NCBI GenBank assembly: GCA_027622315.1 | Contig: JAQBZW010000001.1 | Span: forward strand, 433-64,432 | DNA length: 64,000 nucleotides | Reading direction: 5' to 3' | From: Chloroflexota bacterium | Lineage (GTDB): Bacteria > Chloroflexota > Dehalococcoidia > UBA2979 | Shown: positions 59,567-64,000 of the stretch, one piece after another | Numbering within the stretch: position 1 is the stretch's first letter | How the letters are laid out: each line of letters opens with the position of its first letter | Program-made: the position numbers and the translations under genes | Notes under the pieces: generated by a model | The model's input: only the letters and a program-made list of their open reading frames with translations | Databases searched by the model: none | What the model was told of the DNA's origin: nothing

Positions 59567-61156
59567 TCAGTTCACGCGCCGTGTCTTGCCGCCCCAGTAT
59601 TCCTCGCGCAACTCGAACTTCTTGAGCTTGCCCGTCGCCGTCCGGGGCAGCGCCGACACGAACTCGATGCGAGTCGGTGCCTTGAAGTGCGCCATGCGCT
59701 CGCGGCAGAACTCGATCAGCTCGCGGTCCGTCGCCTTCGCGCCTTCGCGCAAGACGACGGCGGCCAGCGGCGTCTCGCCCCACTGCTCGTGCGGCACGCC
59801 GATCACCGCCGCCTCGAGCACCGCGGGGTGCTTGTACAGCGTGTCTTCGACCTCGATCGACGAGACGTTCTCGCCACCCGAGATGATCACGTCCTTCGCC
59901 CGGTCCACGATGTTGATGTAACCGTCTTTGTTGATCGTGGCGAGATCGCCGGTGTGGAAATAGCCGTCGACGATCGCCTTCGCGGTTTCGTCCGGCTGGT
60001 TCCAATAGCCCTTGAAGACCATGTTCCCGCGCGCGCACACCTCGCCGACGGTCTCGTCGTCCCACGGGACGTCCTCGCCGCCCTCGCCGAGCACGCGGAT
60101 CTCGACCCCCACGCCCTCCTGGCCGGCGCGACCCTTGATCGCGATCGCCTGGTCGCCGCGCGCGTTCAGGTGCGGCTTCACCTCTGCGATCGTGAGGATC
60201 GGGGCGGTCTCGGTGAGCCCGTAAATCTGGATGAAGGTCCAGCCGAGCTCCTCTTCGAGCCGCTTCACGAACGTGAGCGGGGGCGGCGCTCCGGCGATCA
60301 CGAAGCGCGGCTTCGTCTTGATGTTGTGCCGGTCCTTGTGCGCGTATTCGAGGATGCGCGCGAGCACTGCCGGCGCCATGCAGGCGAAGGTGATGCCCTC
60401 GCGCTCGATCACCTCGTACATCTCGGCGTCGTTCGGCGCGCGCACGATCACGTGCTTCGCCCCCATCGCCGTCAGCGCGTAGGGCCCGCCCCAGCCGTTG
60501 CAGTGGAAGAGCGGCAGCGTCCACATGTCCACGTCGTCGTGGGTGATGCCGAAGTGAGAGATGTAGTTGTAGGCGTTCACGTAGAAGTTGCGGTGCGTGA
60601 GCATCACGCCCTTGGGCCGCGCCGTCGTGCCCGACGTGTAGTTGATGCTCACCAGGTCGTTCTCATCGAGCCCGGGGTCGACCGGCGGGGTCGTCGGCTG
60701 ACCCGCGATCAGCGTCTCCCAGTCTGTCCAGCCGTCGGCGACCGGCGCGTCGCCGTAGCGGGCCACGACGAAGTGCTTCAGGTCCGGGAGGCTCGTGCGG
60801 ATCGCGTCGACGGACTCTGTGAGATCGGAGTCCGCGAGGATCACGCTCGCGCCCGCGTGCTGCAGGCAGTACTCGAAGTCCGCAGCGATCAGCCGGTAGT
60901 TGAGGGGCACCAGCACCGCCCCGATGCTCGCGGTGCCGTAGAAGGCCTCGAGGAAGTGGTGGCTGTTCGGGCTGAGGATACCGACGCGGTCGCCCTTCTT
61001 CACCCCGAGGATTTGCAGCGCGTGTCCGAGCTGGTAGCAGCGCGCGCCGTACTCGGCGTAACTGAAGCGATTTGCCCCGTCGACGACGGCTTCGCTTTCG
61101 CCGTAGAGTTTGACGGCTCGACGCAGGAAATCGTTGACGAGCAGCGGAACTTCCAC
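59567..61156 (-). CDS. long-chain fatty-acid--CoA ligase (AMP-dependent synthetase)
   Basis: YTSGTTARPKGV, YGLTE, GDLATINKDGYINIVDRAKD and TATGKLKK. The GTG start follows GGGAGG (6 nt). Confidence 0.85.
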   Translation of the reverse strand: MEVPLLVNDFLRRAVKLYGESEAVVDGANRFSYAEYGARCYQLGHALQILGVKKGDRVGILSPNSHHFLEAFYGTASIGAVLVPLNYRLIAADFEYCLQHAGASVILADSDLTESVDAIRTSLPDLKHFVVARYGDAPVADGWTDWETLIAGQPTTPPVDPGLDENDLVSINYTSGTTARPKGVMLTHRNFYVNAYNYISHFGITHDDVDMWTLPLFHCNGWGGPYALTAMGAKHVIVRAPNDAEMYEVIEREGITFACMAPAVLARILEYAHKDRHNIKTKPRFVIAGAPPPLTFVKRLEEELGWTFIQIYGLTETAPILTIAEVKPHLNARGDQAIAIKGRAGQEGVGVEIRVLGEGGEDVPWDDETVGEVCARGNMVFKGYWNQPDETAKAIVDGYFHTGDLATINKDGYINIVDRAKDVIISGGENVSSIEVEDTLYKHPAVLEAAVIGVPHEQWGETPLAAVVLREGAKATDRELIEFCRERMAHFKAPTRIEFVSALPRTATGKLKKFELREEYWGGKTRRVN

Positions 61157-61462
61157 GGGTCACCTCCCTCAGGACGCGCATCCTAACCGGGCCGAGTGCC
61201 TTCGGCATGCAGGCTGTCTCCGGTACACGCCCGCCGGCCGCTCGCCCACCGCGACCTCCAGCCCTGCCCCAGGTCTGCCCTGGTCCGCCCGCACAGCGAT
61301 CCGGCCACTGGTCCGCACGCTCGCGAGCCGCGCCGGGGCGCGAGCGGAGTCGTGTCATGGCACAGGCTGCCGTCACGTTCGCGTGAACGCACATGGAGGG
61401 GCCGGCAGCGGATTGCCCGCCGCCGGCCCCTTGAGCGCTCCGGCTCGCCTGCGACGCTCCGC

Positions 61463-61789
61463 TCAGCCCAGCGGCGAGAAGTCCGTTGGCGCCATCAGCC
61501 GGTTCTCGATGTGGTGCACGAGCGCACCGTCCTTCTCGGACTCGGTCCGCGCCTGTTGCCATTCGGGATCCGCACCGAACGACGCCCATGCCTTCTGTCG
61601 AGAACCCACGTCCTCGTACGCAACCATGTACCAGAGCTCATCGCTGCGGCCGCCCACGGCGTTCGTCCAGTAGCCCACGTTCTTGATGCCGTGACGTTCG
61701 AAGATCTTCGTGGTGTGGTCGCGGAAGCGCGCCTGCAGCGCCCCCATCTTGCCCGGCATCGCCGTGTAAATCCGCAGCTCGTAGATCAT
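61463..61789 (-). CDS. NIPSNAP-family protein
   Basis: MIYELRIYTAMPGKMGALQARF... The start is taken at the third Met of the track ORF (an SD lies about 8 nt before it). Confidence 0.7.
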   Translation of the reverse strand: MIYELRIYTAMPGKMGALQARFRDHTTKIFERHGIKNVGYWTNAVGGRSDELWYMVAYEDVGSRQKAWASFGADPEWQQARTESEKDGALVHHIENRLMAPTDFSPLG

Positions 61790-61860
61790 GTGCATGCTCC
61801 CCTTCGTCCCGGCTCGGGCCGGGCGTTCGGCCCTGTTTCGGTGAGTTTCGAGTCGTCAGC

Positions 61861-62802
61861 CTACGAGCCGGCGGGCGCAGACCCCGCAGTGGCCAGGCGC
61901 GCTCGGGCGTCGTCGTACAGATCCGCGGGCAGCGGGCCGTTCGCCGCTGCCGCGAGGTTCTGTGCCAGGTGTTCGGGGTTCGCCGTCCCGACGATCGTGG
62001 TGTGCAGATCCGGGTGGCTGAGCGTGAAGCGGAGCGTGAACTCCATCCGGCTCATGCCTTCCGGCAGGATCTCGTCGAGCCGGGCGTGCTCCCACAGGTC
62101 CTTCGGCGCCGGGCCCGACGCGCCGACCGGGCTCGTCCCCCACTGCTTGTCCTCAGACGGAGCACCACGCGCCACGCCGCCACGGATCACGGTGCCGGCG
62201 CCGGCGCGCGCGGCCGCGGAGATCGCCGCTTCGTGTTCGCGCTGGAGGGCGGAGTACGGGATCTGGAACTCGTCGAAGACGCCCATCGCGATGTGGTCCG
62301 CGAGGTGCGGCAGCGTCGACGAAGCGCCGATGAAGCGCACCTTGCCCTCCCGCTGCAGCGCCTGCAGCTCGTCCAGCCCGCCGTGCTCCTCGAGCTCCGC
62401 CTTTGACGGGCTGCCGTGGAACTGCACGAGGTCCAGCCGATCCGTGTGCATGCGGCGCAGGCTCTGCTCGATCGCCGCGCGGATGTTCTCGCGCGTGTAG
62501 ACGTGTCGCGGTCCGCCCTCCACCTGCTCGACGGCCACCATGCAGCCGCACTTCGTCGCGAGGAAGTACTCGTCTCTCCGGTGCGCGATGAAGCGCCCGA
62601 TCAGTTCCTCGCTGCGCCCGTAGTCGGGCGAGGTGTCGACGAAGTTGATGCCGGCATCGAGCACGGCATTGAGCACTCGCTCCGCCTGCTCGTCCGGGAT
62701 CTCTCGTCCTCGCGAGCCTCCACGCAGCTCCATCGCCCCGTAGCCGAGGGTCGTCACCTGCACGCCGGTTCGCCCCAGCTCGCGCATTGGTTGGCCGGTC
62801 AT
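61861..62802 (-). CDS. aldo/keto reductase
   Basis: ...LGYGAMEL...VLNAVLDAGINFVDTSPDYG... GAGAGGAAG SD lies before ATG 62802. Confidence 0.8.
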   Translation of the reverse strand: MTGQPMRELGRTGVQVTTLGYGAMELRGGSRGREIPDEQAERVLNAVLDAGINFVDTSPDYGRSEELIGRFIAHRRDEYFLATKCGCMVAVEQVEGGPRHVYTRENIRAAIEQSLRRMHTDRLDLVQFHGSPSKAELEEHGGLDELQALQREGKVRFIGASSTLPHLADHIAMGVFDEFQIPYSALQREHEAAISAAARAGAGTVIRGGVARGAPSEDKQWGTSPVGASGPAPKDLWEHARLDEILPEGMSRMEFTLRFTLSHPDLHTTIVGTANPEHLAQNLAAAANGPLPADLYDDARARLATAGSAPAGS

Positions 62803-62857
62803 CTGTTCTTCCTCTCGCACGGCACGCGGGGTGCCAGAGCTCACGCGGCGTCAGCCG

Positions 62858-64000
62858 CTACGGCGACTCGTCGCTGGCGCGCGCCGGCGCGCGCGGGGGA
62901 AACGGCTCGTACGGGAAGCGGGCCAGCGCCGCTTCGTCGAGATCGATGCCAAGCCCGGGCGTCCGCGGCAGTGCGATGTGCCCGTCCACGACCTCGAAGG
63001 GCGGGCGCGCAATCTCACGGCCCCACGGCTCGAGGTTCACGAAGTACTCGGTGATGAGGAAGTTCGTGAGCGTCGCCGAGACCTGCACGGTCGCCGCGAG
63101 CCCGACCGTTGTGCTGTTGTAGTTGTGCGGCGACACGGCGACAAAGTACGGCTCCGCCATCGCCGCGATCTCCTTGAGCTCGAGGATGCCGCCGACGTTA
63201 CAGACATCGGGGTTGATGATGTCTGCCGCCTGCTTCTCGAAGACCTCGCGGAACTCGTGCTTCGTGTACAGCTCCTCGCCCGTGACGACGGGGATGCGAA
63301 TCTCACGCTTCGCGGCCGCGAGCGCGTCGATGTTCTCGGCCAGCACCGGCTCTTCGAACCAGAACGGTGCGAAGGGCTCGATCTCGCGGGCGATGCGCAC
63401 GGCGTGCATCGGCGCCAGACGACGATGCATCTCGACGAGGATCTCCACGTCGTCGCCGACCGCCTCGCGCACGGCGCGCACGCGCTCGACCGCGATGCGC
63501 TCCTGCGCGCGGCTGATGAAGGTGCGCCAGCGGCCGGGCACGGGGTCGAACTTGAGCGCGGTGAAACCACGCGCCACCACTGCACGGGCGCTCTCCGCGA
63601 GCGACTCGAGCGAGTCGCTCTTCGCCCAGCCGTTCGCGTACACGCGGATGCGCTCACGGCAGGCGCCACCGAGCAGCTCGTAGACGGGCACGCCGAGGCG
63701 CTTGCCCGCGAGGTCCCACATCGCCTGCTCGATACCGCTGATCGCCGAGTAGAAGTCCATCGCGCCGCGACGCGCGGAGAAGTCGTCGTACATCGAGCGC
63801 GTGAACTGCTTGATCTCGCGCGCGTCCCAGCCCTCGATGTAGCGCTTCAGTTGATCGAGGTGCGCAACGACCTGCGTGTCGCGATCCGCCTGCGTGTAGC
63901 ACTCGCCCCAGCCATGCAGCCCGTCGGCCGTCTCCAGGCGCACGAAGAGCAGGTTCTTCGCCGCGGGCGGATGCACGAGGTAGTGGCGCAGCGACGTGAT
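62858..64000 (-). CDS. enolase-superfamily mandelate racemase/muconate lactonizing enzyme-like protein; 5' end beyond the window
   Basis: ...NLLFVRLETADGLHGWGE...ALKFDP...EILVEMHRRL...WFEEP... The frame stays open to the window edge. Confidence 0.8.
   Translation of the reverse strand: MTSLRHYLVHPPAAKNLLFVRLETADGLHGWGECYTQADRDTQVVAHLDQLKRYIEGWDAREIKQFTRSMYDDFSARRGAMDFYSAISGIEQAMWDLAGKRLGVPVYELLGGACRERIRVYANGWAKSDSLESLAESARAVVARGFTALKFDPVPGRWRTFISRAQERIAVERVRAVREAVGDDVEILVEMHRRLAPMHAVRIAREIEPFAPFWFEEPVLAENIDALAAAKREIRIPVVTGEELYTKHEFREVFEKQAADIINPDVCNVGGILELKEIAAMAEPYFVAVSPHNYNSTTVGLAATVQVSATLTNFLITEYFVNLEPWGREIARPPFEVVDGHIALPRTPGLGIDLDEAALARFPYEPFPPRAPARASDESP

Noticed and set aside
58928-61186. 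ORF 58928..61186(+) 752 aa spanning the SMP-30 and fatty-acid CoA ligase genes on the opposite strand
   Set aside because: It crosses two well-supported minus-strand genes and their intergenic gap. The translation is Arg/Val/Asp-rich noise.

Overview
This is a high-GC (about 70%), gene-dense bacterial chromosomal segment, probably Actinobacteria-like. I found no rRNA, CRISPR array, transposase or prophage. I did find two tRNA genes: tRNA-Val on the minus strand at about 6.44-6.52 kb, and a CAT-anticodon tRNA on the plus strand at about 23.66-23.73 kb.

The coding content is mostly CoA-ester metabolism. At the left end there is a coenzyme-B12 methylmalonyl-CoA mutase operon: large subunit, a DinB-like gene, a methylmalonyl-CoA epimerase with an extra VOC domain, the B12-binding small subunit, the MeaB GTPase, a DUF2344 radical-SAM-linked gene and a histidine phosphatase. 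A second, isobutyryl-CoA-mutase-like large-subunit paralog sits with a thiolase and an SDR at 44-48 kb. Four crotonase-family genes, acetyl-CoA synthetase, a fatty-acid CoA ligase, two family-III CoA-transferase genes next to a carboxyltransferase, and several oxidoreductases add to the picture. There is also a complete livKHMGF ABC transporter, RecQ, an HDOD protein, a hybrid PAS histidine kinase, an MMPL exporter, TypA/BipA, and pncA/pncB.

The most notable observations are:
1. A PrdB/GrdB-family reductase gene that the ORF track splits in two at an in-frame TGA. The TGA sits exactly where the family's selenocysteine falls (U-x-x-C-H), and a stem-loop follows it, so this is most likely an unannotated selenoprotein. 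A cNMP-binding patatin-like phospholipase is its neighbour.
2. A compact module at 11.6-16.2 kb: NfuA-like, then a B12-binding radical SAM enzyme (translationally coupled, with a 9-bp tandem repeat in its 5' end), then a frameshifted metallo-beta-lactamase (MBL)-fold gene, with a convergent ATP-grasp ligase and a HesB/IscA gene.
3. A family of GGGGCGAGGGG-containing nested palindromic (REP-like) elements.
4. An AT-rich island carrying a perfect palindromic DnaA-box-like operator between two convergent genes.

Many long ORFs in the track lie on the strand opposite a real gene. In DNA this GC-rich that happens by chance, and I have not called them.
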